A stretch of 64,000 nt of DNA from Kudoa neothunni. Lineage: Eukaryota > Animalia > Cnidaria. A model generated the notes under the pieces. That model was not told the origin of the DNA, did no database searches, and saw nothing but the letters and a program-made list of their open reading frames with translations. Location of the stretch: the NCBI GenBank assembly GCA_964304625.1, contig OZ199839.1, positions 3,195,223 to 3,259,222 of the forward strand, read 5' to 3'. The position numbers and the translations under genes were made by a program. Positions 40,701-51,303 of the stretch are shown piece after piece (the first letter of the stretch is position 1; each line of letters opens with the position of its first letter).

Positions 40701-43700
40701 ACATGTAAAATTTTTTAAAACTAAATGTTAATATTATAACCGACCACTTGAAATATTTAGTAAAAACCGATTATGAACAAAGAGTGGAATGGGTTAATAC
40801 TCAAATATCAATTATTTTGAGTTTTGAGGAATCTGTTGGAGCTTGTAGCGCGGAAGTTGAATGCATAACATTAGAAAAAATAGAAGAACAATTTATTGAA
40901 ACAAATACTCAATTGTTTCACGTTGATTTCAAGTGTGTTGAAACTGTTTGCAAAATTATGTTAGATGGAATAGACAGAAATGCTTATCACAGAATTAAAA
41001 TGGATTCTAATATATTAAAAGATAAAGGACCAGTTTTAATTGGCAAAGGTATTTACTCTAATTACATAAAAATTAAAATATATGCTATAGGTATAAGTAT
41101 ATTCCAAATCGAATATGAATACGATAAAGATAATGCCATTATTATCAATTATACATTAGAAGAAGATTTTGATGAAATTTTGTTGAAATGGGATTTACAT
41201 GATACTCAAGGCAACCAGGTGAAGAGTTCGAACGAAGCATTAGAACAGATATCGTGTAAAGAGAAATTATGCCAAATGACAACGTTGAGACAACTGGATC
41301 ACTCTAAAGCTTATCAATTTACGTTCGAGTCTGCTCAGTTAAGTGGTAAGAATGTGTTGACAATAGAAAGTAATTACCTTATGTCTATTCAATGAGTATA
41401 CCCTCTGAAATTAATTTCATCCTTTCTAAGATCGGAAATTTTATGTTACTTTCCTGATGGGTGAATATTTCTGGTTTAAATATATTTATTATTAAAAATT
41501 ATAAACGACGTAAAAAATTTAATCCAACGAGAATTTTTATTATTCTGTCAATTATATCCTTATTAATACCTTGTTAATTTGTATAATTTTTCAAAACATT
41601 AAAAATTGAGAAATATTTTTAAAACAAATTTTAACGATGATCCATTTTAGAATATTATGTAAATTCGTCTTTTACTAATACAGTCTCTCTACGTACAGCA
41701 AATATTTTTATTATTTATATACCACAAAACAGGGGCGCACAAATTCCGGCCTCAATGAGGTTTTTAGTGGTCCGCGATCAACTCTAATTAAGTTCAAATT
41801 AATGGTATACGTGTCCTGTTCAAAAAGTATCGAGATTTTTTAAATATACAAAAAATATCCATAATCATAATCAACACACCTTTTTGACGATTTTTCCAAT
41901 TTTGGAAACATTAAGAAAAGTCTGTTTTATTTCAGTAATCGATGAAAATCTTCTCCCTTTTAAATAAAAATTTATCTTTGGGGACAAATAAGTCACAGGG
42001 CGCCGAATCTGGAGAGTATGGTGGATTCTGGAGTTGATCAATATCAAAGTTAAATAAAAATCGTTGAATCTTAGTGGATGTATCAGCAGGCGTGTTATCG
42101 TAATGTAGAATCCAATTACCGTTGTTCCACATTTCAGGTCTCTATCGCCGTAATTTTTTTCACGTTTTAAAACATTTTTTCTCTTCAAATGATGAATTTA
42201 AATGATAAAACTAAACCGTAATCCTTTATCAATAATTCTACTAACAGAAAAATTACGAGGAACTGAAAATAATTTAATAACACCATTTTTCAGCTCTGGC
42301 TTATAAACTCAAACTAGATTGATAATATTCTTTAACTTTTCGTTTGATTTTAACTATTCTAGGTTTAATAAATTAATAAATTACGCGTTGACATATTAAT
42401 TTAGAAACGAAAAGTTTTTAAATTAAGTTATTTCAGAGAGTATGCTCAAAATATAATTTCATACGTTCTCTTAAATAATTCATTATAATCTATTATAATG
42501 TTCGAATATATTATCTCAAATTATTAATTCATTTTTCAATCATTTATAGAAAGACATAGCTATGCATTTAAATATTTTTGGAACAACAACATACTGAATG
42601 TTCGGGTGAAAGTATCTTCTGATGGAGAAATACACTCTTTAACCATCAAATACACAATTTATGGAAACAATCAAACTCCAAATGAGCTACAAAGCAGTAA
42701 CATCAATGTTGAATGTAAAAACAATGAATGCGCCTTCGAGGTGGAAAATCTGGACTTTGAGATAGATCACACGATAAAGTTGTTTTCTATGCGACTTGAA
42801 GATAACGTTCCACACAGTATAAAGAACGGTAATCAAATAATTTTAAAAAATAAAATCAATATTTGATAATGAAACTAATATATATTTAGCTTGTGAATCT
42901 AAGGTCACACAAACACGTGAATCCAATCATGATGTTACAATAAATATAAAGAAAGATCCAAATGTTGTAGATTTAAGAGCAAGCTATTCAGTTACGGAAG
43001 TAGGATCTGGGGATAAAGAAATTATCGCAGAACAAAATAAACAGATAATCTGCATTGAAAATGAATGTAATTTCAAAACACCCCCTATAACCCCTACCAA
43101 AAACTTTAATATTGTTCTAACATTACCGCCATGCAGTAGAAAGTTTAATTTGGTCGTTTCACAAGGTATTATCGAATTTTTCTTTCAACAAAGAATTTAA
43201 TATATTTTTAGTCAATAGTGAATATACTCTCACTTACGATTATATAAAAGAAACCGACTCAACAGTTAAAATTGTGGTAGAATTAAAACTAAACATACCA
43301 TATGAAATTATTAGGACCAATTGGAGTTTAAAAAGCAATGGAGGTTCGGAAACAATAAAGAATTTAGTAGAAACTCTAAAAATAATTAAAGAAAAGAAAC
43401 TGTTTATATTTGAAATACAAAATGTAAAGCGTAATAACCGTTATGATATCGAAATTAGGTCCAATGACCTAGTAGAAAAAACCAGCCAAATTGTCATCCC
43501 ACAGTGTAAACATTTTTTAACAAAATGTTAATGGTATTACTGATTATTTTATATATTTAGTAATAAGCAATTATCAAATATCCATGACATGGGTTAATGC
43601 TCAAGTTTCAATCACTTTAGTCTTTGAAGAAGCTGTGGAAAGGTGTAGAACAAAAATTGAGAGCAAAACAGTGGAAAAAACATCAAGAAAAGTTTCTGAT

Positions 43701-46700
43701 ACTAACGTAGAGTTGTTTGATGTTGAGTTTAATTGTGCCGACAAAGTTTGCAAAACTTCGTTAGAAGGGTTAGACAGATATGTTGATCACAGCATTAAAG
43801 TGGTGTCTGGTCTATTTAAAGATCCAGATCCAGTTCTCGTTGAAGGAGGTATTTATTCGACTGGTTTCAATAATAAAATGAACGTTTTAGACTCGTGCGC
43901 ATTCCAAATCGAATATAAACACAATGAAGATAAGATCACAAGGGTTATTTTTAAATTAGAAGAAGAATTTGATAAAATTTTGTTGAAATGGTATTTACTT
44001 GATACTCAAGACAAGCAGGTGAAGAGTTCGAACGACATATTTGAACAGATATCGTGTGATAATAAAGTATGCCAAATGGAGACCTTGGGAGAGCTGGACC
44101 AATTTAAAAATTATAAATTCATGTACGAATCTTTTCAACTAACTGGTGAGAGAATGTTGAAGATAGAAGGTAATAAACTTAAACCACTTCAATAGATGAG
44201 TTAAGAATAACTATTATTTATTATTATCGATTATGAATTCAATTAATAATTGATTTCATCCATCCTTATATCAAAAATATGAATACTCCTTGATTGATAC
44301 TTAATTATGGCTGTTATTATATGTATTACTAACTTCACTCACCAACTTGCATTTATATTGTTTTGTCTATTTGGTCTTCATTAATAAATTTTTAATTTTC
44401 ATTAATTTTCAATTCACATAAAACTGAGAAATATTTTAAATTAAATCCATATTCTATTACTAAAATATCTATGTGGACATTAAATATTTTTATTAAATAT
44501 GTTTTCTAAGTGGAATGACGATGATGTTTGTACGTAATTTTGTTGATGGTCCCAGGGGTTTACGTATTATCTATCGGTCACTTACTGTATTTTATCTTAT
44601 TTTCAATATATTAATTTAATCGTTCAAATCTATATAGTATATGAAGATTACAAACTTTTTAAAATGTAATCACGTTACTTAAAACTTTTAAAAATCGTCT
44701 TGGCGAATTACATTTAAATTATTGATTAATTAAATTTAATAGGTTTAAAAATTGAGTCCAATAACAGAGATTTAGGTAAAATATAATAATTCCGCATTCT
44801 ATCTCTAGGATTTGTCAAATCCGTCATTTTGAAGTTCTTTAAAATACTCCCAGCTGATACCATATCTAAAAATGGAACTAAACATGTTTAAATATTTAAA
44901 AAAATAGTGAATAAGGATCACTTACATCAAATTCGAATCTTTTAGCTGGTTTCGAGTTAATTTTCCCACGATTTTAAAGGTTAATTAATTTTCAAAATTT
45001 CATTTTATTGTCCTTTGTTCAAAAATATTTATATTACTTATTTCAATTCGGAAAAATTTTTCGTTCATTAAAAATGCAATGGTTCAGAAAGATAACCACG
45101 TCATGCTTTAAAAGCGTAAGTTGCTCTTAGTACAGTACCTCATCTTCGAAGTCATTGTTAGTTTAAACCTCATTTTATTTTTGAACGATTTGTTTAGTAA
45201 TTGTAAGATTTTTTGAATTTGTCGAAAGAAAGTGATTAATGTTTCTTTATTTTAAATTCTCTATAATTAAAAAATTCCAGTAATGTTTTAGGATCGTCAA
45301 TTATTTGTAATGATCTATTACTTTAATATCACCTAGGCCTATTTCTGTACTGGTTTCTGGTGTTGTGTCGAGTACCAAAAGTTAATTGAGCTCAACGATT
45401 GTACGGCAGCATTTTCCATCTGGGAGTGAAAATTAAGGATTTGGAGGGGATAGATTGGATCATGACTGGAAATAATTTTTGAGAAATTTTTATAAATTGT
45501 TGATTTTTCAATATGTAGATGAAAAAACCTTAATGTATACATCGTTTTTTTCTTAGTTGAATTAATGCTCATTTTTCCTTTTAATATGATGCAGGAATAT
45601 TTTACGATACGCGTTTAATTCAAAATATTGATGAATTAAATTTTTATTTGATTAACTTAGAAATGATCCTAATATTTAAACGTTAAAAAGTAAAAAATAA
45701 AAAGATAATTTATTTTGTAAACAAATTTAAAAATACTCAAATTTTTATTTATCTACGTCTTATCATATATAGAAGTGGATATGGTAGTGTATATAGAGGG
45801 GTGCGGATTTCATTTTCTCGTCAAAAGGAGGAGCAAGTCCGATTTGAATTGGGATGCGGTGTTCTATATGCTCCAATGTATAATTAAAATCATTTCTTTT
45901 TAATTTATCTCAAATTGATAAATAACTTTTTTTATTTCTATTATGAACCTGGATTGTTAATTTTAAAATTATGAATTAAGTAAATAACGCGTTTTTAATG
46001 AAACATAAGGTCGCGGGATTAAGAATCATTAATTTTTTGGAAGCAAATTAAAACAATAAAATTTACTATTCCCCAATTTTTTAAATAAAAATATTAATGC
46101 TTTTAAAATATTAATTTCATCTGAGTGAAGTGGATTTTTCATACATTGAAATTAAATTTTAACGCAACCCCTAGTTAACTGGGAGGCAATTTTAAAGGAT
46201 TCGAAAGAATTGGATACCAAAATGGAATTACAAACTGATGAACCATTGGTATGATTAACTGAAATTCTCAGGATTTGAATAATGGGGAAATTTAGAATAC
46301 AGAGTTGTTTATAAAAGCTTGGGATGTGGTTGTGTATCAAAAAAATGAAACTAGTAATTATATCATAAATACATATTATTGCTTATTTAAAAATTAAGCG
46401 ACGAAAGATATTCCCGAAACTCAACCTACCACAGAAGAAGATGACACGTAATTAACTTTTCGAAATATATTTTTGAATGTTAACTTTGAAGGTTTTTAAA
46501 ACAAATCAATCTACTCGATAAAAACATCATGAATGTTGGTGATAATCAAGATGTGCAAACAGTTAATATAAAAATGAAGACATTCACTTCGACCCAAGCA
46601 TCGGAATCGTTATATTTTTCAAAACCGTTAGATGACAAGGATATAATGGATATTGTTGAAAATTCGGAAGAAATAGACAAACCCAAAGAGACTCTGCAAT

Positions 46701-48139
46701 CTACCTATGTAAGCTTAGATTTTTCTGCAACCGATTCCTCAGCGGAAAAAGAATCTGCAAGCAAAATTGTGCTAGCTGTGACTAAAAACAAACAAATAAG
46801 TACCCAAGTCGAAAAGTCAAATGTTATTGCGGGTGATGTGCTCGTGGTTAAAATATCAAACAGCTTAAGCAAAAAGTTAAATATAACATTCAGCCAAATT
46901 GTAAAAGTGGATCCTAACAGGAGGAATTTCAGATGTTGCACCTTACATAGTATAATCAATAAATATTCATTAAATAAATAATTTATATTTATAGGTAAAA
47001 AGCTCACTTGGGAGACAAGTTATTGCTCCATATTGAGAGAGGTTACCTTGTCGAATACACTTACAAATTACACATGTACGTGTAACCACACAACGAGCTA
47101 TGCAATTATTTTCGATGTTTTCGATCAGGATTCCTCTGCAAATAAATATTATCAACACGAAGTATCGTTAATATTAACATTGATTTCCCTACTTTTCCTC
47201 GTCATTACAATAATTTGTATTTTGACGTCAAAGTAATTTGAAAAATATTCTTTATATGGATCGATTTAAATATTTTGTTGACAGAAATATTTTCAAAATG
47301 AGATCATTGGCCCAATTGTGGATGTGTGTCTCTATCTTCATGTTTCATCTTTCATTTATCTTTGGGAATATATTCAACAATGTTCAAAGTTCTTGTTTTA
47401 ATGTTGCAGTTTTTCTACATTATGCCCTTATGAGTCAATACTTTTCTTTATTTTTAAATTCGTTCTTACTGTTTAAAAATCTTGTCCTCACGATGAAAAA
47501 AATAAGCTCAATAATTATGAATATAATTGCCTTTTTGATTATAGGTAAAAATTTATATTTATGTAATTTTGTAATGTTGTTATAGGGATTCCTCTGGCCA
47601 TCGTAATGCTCTGCTGGAAATTTTATCGCAAATTTTACGTAAAAGATAAACAGTATTTTTTTTTCGTGATAACTAAACAATTTTTATCTGAACTATATTA
47701 TAGTTGTATACCGCATGGGCCCTTAAAACTGGCAACAATAACTATTCCTGGTGCGGCGATATTATTTTTCAATTTGATAGTATTTGCGCTCGTTTTGAAG
47801 ACGATATTCAGATCCGAATGCACAAAAAAGAAGAAAACCTCTATAAAACAGCGTGCAAAACAATTAATGTTCTTGTTTACTTTGCTAGGTCTTCCTATGC
47901 TTCTTCAATTGTTGTCTTCGTTTGTTAAGAGTGATTTTATTATATTGGTTTCCAATATGATAAACACTTCGATTGGAATTATCTTATTTTTCATTCTTAT
48001 CGTTGGCAACAATGAGATGAGAAAGCATATTGCCTCATCATTCAGATCACGAACCACCACCAAAAAGTATCTAATGTCAAGTAGCAACCAAAAATCCGGC
48101 ACAAGAATGATGTCATTTTCAACAAAAAATGTTTCATGA
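19734..48139 (+). CDS. Giant multi-exon adhesion GPCR, copy B: signal peptide, ~30 FN3/Ig-like ~95-aa modules, GAIN/GPS, 7TM
   Basis: ATG at 19734 gives signal peptide MLLFSLVTTLVIFVP|DIYA after splicing out 19780-19838. Exon clusters at ~19839-22303, 27526-29316, 32577-33524, 38695-41370, 42550-44169 and 45773-48139 join in frame through GT-AG introns, and every long intron between clusters is phase 1. The gene ends in a GPS motif (WETSYC...CTCNHTTSYAIIF) and seven hydrophobic helices, with TGA at 48139. Joining all clusters into one transcript is inferred from phase compatibility and a single signal peptide/single 7TM. Confidence 0.72.
22521..23639 (-). mobile_element. Internally deleted hAT transposon
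   Basis: TIRs taggggttaaga(t)cggtt, degenerate 8-bp TSD ttgattgc/ttggttac, and minus-strand NVRPTSIDADRC resembling the hAT dimerisation motif PxTSxxxERxFS. Confidence 0.75.
23765..24759 (+). mobile_element. Non-autonomous Helitron
   Basis: Starts a|TCcattatatatataaaac and ends with subterminal GC hairpin cccgtacgaagctggg plus CTAA|t. Confidence 0.65.
24971..25000 (-). mobile_element. Helitron 3' terminus on the minus strand
   Basis: Reverse complement reads cctggcaaagctgagaattagcgCTAG|t, the same terminal architecture as the other Helitron ends. Confidence 0.45.
25408..27271 (-). mobile_element. Decayed Mutator-like (MULE) element with nested SINE
   Basis: Imperfect ~70-80 bp TIRs (25408-25480 vs 27200-27271). 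Minus ORF 26096-26302 has W....FGSNTNNRTEQEHDKIK, matching the MULE TNNxxExxH catalytic-E region. Confidence 0.7.
26422..26894 (-). mobile_element. tRNA-derived SINE, copy 1
   Basis: Minus-strand head has a Pol III A box (TAGCACATCGG) and B box (GTTCGAATCC), with an A-rich tail. Homologous to 36321-36766 and 59469-59780. Confidence 0.85.
29953..31069 (-). mobile_element. piggyBac deletion derivative
   Basis: TTAA-ccctcccg ... cgggagga-TTAA ends, with a decayed acidic N-terminal transposase-like frame on the minus strand (~30160-30650). Confidence 0.7.
35830..38250 (-). mobile_element. Decayed piggyBac transposase relic
   Basis: Minus-strand fragments LDEQFVAFRDRCEFKRYMPMKPTKYG, GRNVFCYNFFTS, GTMRENKRDIP and YNTIKWGVDT. 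Ends not resolved. Confidence 0.85.
36321..36766 (-). mobile_element. tRNA-derived SINE, copy 2 (inserted in a piggyBac relic)
   Basis: Same family. 13-bp TSD actttttc(t/c)caat at 36308-36320 and 36767-36779. Confidence 0.88.
38253..42148 (+). repeat. Segmental duplication block 1, copy B
   Basis: Matches 1226-5158 and ends in a truncated mariner. Confidence 0.95.
41807..42148 (-). mobile_element. Truncated copy of the same mariner (3' end only)
   Basis: One TIR plus PPYSPDSAPCD. Same insertion site as 4817, so the insertion predates the duplication. Confidence 0.9.
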
Positions 48140-50780
48140 TAATTATTTGAATTTGAAATTAATTTAAGTAGTAGAATTAGTCGTTATTAATTATTATTAT
48201 TGTTAGGATTTTTTCTCTTATATTAAATTTATATGCACTGAGAAAAACCTCCAATTTAATTGTTCTCAACAATTATTACTAAATTCAACAACGGTCATTG
48301 CGCACTTTTTTGGGGATGGCAAAAAGGTACGCAATATCCATATAATTGCGCGCGCATGAAATATATAAAACTCAATCCTTTTCTTTAAAACGAACTGATT
48401 AATAATAATAATATGACCATCTTTCTAGATTTATTCAAACTTTAAAAGTTGAGAATTAAGGGCAAGCTTGATCGTCTCTGTGTATCTAGAAAGGTGTTCT
48501 TTCTGAATTAGTTTTCGATAAATTTTTCTTTTAAATCTAATTTTGGGAATTAAATTATAAACAGATTTGGATTTACCAAGGTTTCATTGGGTAAAAAAAG
48601 CAAAAGATGTACGTAAGAACCATGGCATATAGGGGTGTGCGCGTGTTTGGATTGAAGTTGTTATTTTACGTTTAATTTGATTTTGAAATTTACGATTTAA
48701 TCTTATAAAATCGGCTATATTTATATTCATTTAAAAATTTTTAACAATGACGCAATTAGATATTATTACAGTTGAAAAACGTAATGAAATATTTTTATAA
48801 AAAACGGGCTTAAAAATGTTAATTTTTAATTGTGAAGCAAAAAACATGATAACTAAATCCAAAAAATGCAATTTGTTCCAACATATTCGATTTTTAATAT
48901 TATCATTTATGATATGAGGCCTGTGTTCAGAATTCAAAAAATTTTTACAATTAAACATAGTTGTCAGTAATCAATAATGATGTTTTAGTTTATAAATTTT
49001 TTTAGCGGTTTTCTATAGCTAAATTTAAAAGATATGTAATTAATATTTGAAGATATATACCATCGGATTTTTTAAACAGTTGTTTCCCACATTATAGTGG
49101 TATTAATCTGTACGAAATTTATAATGAAAATTATAACACCTATAATAAATTTAATCAAAAAGGGTTAAACAGACATATTTGATTTTTTTCTATTCTACTT
49201 ATTTCATCATAATAATCCAAAAATAAGTGACAGCTAAATGTCTCATTGTAGTTTTTTTCTCAAATTGTTTACAGTTTAATTCATTGACGTGAGTCTTATT
49301 TTCCTAAAGAAATATTATACTAGGAGTTACATAAAAATAAAATATTATGGATTTCAGGAAATGAAAAATAAAAATTCTTCTCCATACAGCCGTTAGATTG
49401 CGCAGACATAAAAACAAAACTTAGTAATATTTCGAAATTAATATAAAATGATTAATTTAAAAATAATGTTATACGCGAGAGTTATCTTTTTATTACATAA
49501 TTTTAATATTTTATATAAGGTCTAACGAATTTGTTCATCCATTCGCACCTATATACACGTATCTTGCAAATTTTAAAGAATAAACACTTTAGTTTATTAT
49601 TTATCAATAAAAATTGATTTTAATAGATTCATTAAATCGAAAGGAAATAAAATTTAATTATATTATTTTTACTGATTGTTGTTGGTTAGATTCTTCCAAG
49701 ATTTTATTGGATCACGTATCTTTTAATCATCAATTAGATCGTTCATATTAGTCTCTCAGAGATATATGCATCAAATAAATCAATTTGTATTTAATGATTT
49801 AGCTCACAATTTTCTATATAAAATATTTAAATCTCATCCACATTTTTAACATTATCCATTTGTCGTGGTTACATCAATAACATTAAATATAATAAAACTA
49901 TTTTTTAATTTAATCAGCAATTAAAATTCTGCTGTAATGAAGAAATTTACTCTTTATTTTTATTATTATCTATTTTATGCAATAAAATAGAGTTAATTTA
50001 ACCCTTAAACAATCTAATAGTAAAAGCATACATTCAGGTGTTATCATTATAGTTTTTAATCTACGTACAGTGACCAACAATTGTAGTTTAAAATCAATGA
50101 ACCTACTCAGATTTAAATAACAACATGTAATCCTGTAAGGAAACCAAAGTACTAATTAATTTGTACACGTGAATAAAATTTTCAATTATAAAAATATTTC
50201 TATTTTTCTGTATTGACTATTAGTTCAATTTTTGCTGTTTAATAAATTAATCCTGTATCATTTTTATTAATATAAAAATAGAAAAACGTGGTGTCAAAGT
50301 TTAATTTCGTTCAACTTCTTTAACATAAAAATCACCAAATAATGATACACTTTGATTTTGAGATATTGTTAAATTTAATGGTTGCTAAAATTAGTGCTCA
50401 ATATCCATTTTTTAGCATCTATAAAAAAGATTTTCAATAAATAACTCCAAATGTTTCTTTAATAGCATATAAGATTTATAAGCTAGAACTGCATTTTAGA
50501 AAACGCCAAAATAATGACACACAATGAAAAGTGGGAAATATCCACCTATGCAATAACCGTTGTTGACTGTATAGTAGTTGTGTTTGCATCATTTTATGTT
50601 TTAGTAAATTATTTTTCATAATTTTTTCCTGAATCTTCGGTTAATATAAAAATTACGCGTTATATCACATTTTAGAGTAAATAACTACCGAATGTACATG
50701 TATAACATAGTTAAACTAATATTCGCCCTTGGGGGAATCAGAATGTTTATATATCCCACAAGTGTAATTAAAAAGAAAAT
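45727..50780 (+). repeat. Segmental duplication block 2, copy B
   Basis: Matches 12189-17323, with an ~85-nt deletion between ctcaa direct repeats near the left edge. Confidence 0.95.
45773..48139 (+). CDS. GAIN/GPS plus secretin-like 7TM exons of adhesion GPCR copy B
   Basis: Spliced translation: ...NFRCCTLHS/KKLTWETSYC...CTCNHTTSYAIIF, TM1 HEVSLILTLISLLFLVITIICIL, TM3 CFNVAVFLHYALMSQY, IIGIP (TM4), ECL2 Cys (CIPHGP), LFTLLGLP (TM6), INTSIGIILFFILIV (TM7). This is the standard adhesion/class B pattern. Confidence 0.9.
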
Positions 50781-51303
50781 ACTGAATGTAAGTGGCGATT
50801 GACATGGTAAATAATATTCAGATGACACTAGTTTTGACTATATTTAATAATTTCTCGCCCTATGAGCGAAGCGATGGATCAGAAATTATTAAATCTAGCA
50901 GATTCTAAAAAATTATATCTGTAAGCAGTTATTAAGTAATAGCTGCCAGGATTAAAAATGTCTAATGCACAAGCGTACATGTCATTTTGGGTTAAATTTT
51001 ACCGTACCAATAGCCTCTGGAAATCAATATTCAATTATTTTTAACAGTGAGTTAATATATTCCGGATTTATGCAAAACTTCAACTAATTTACGCCGAAGA
51101 GTCTGAAATCACCTACGGTATTCCCGATTGCCCTCTATATCTTAATTTTAATATATAAAACTACTGATAATTTCACGCGTTGAATACAATGGATAAATCA
51201 CTCAAATTTTGAATCATAACGTCTAATTAATTATATTTATTTAATATTCAAATAATATATAATCAAAATAGCCTCTAAGGTTTTGTGCTGCCCCCAATGA
51301 AAA

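Noticed and set aside
45339-45572. Minus-strand ORF or pogo-like transposase trace
   Set aside because: Only a weak, frameshifted WxMT..IFEKFL resemblance on the plus strand, which is insufficient support.
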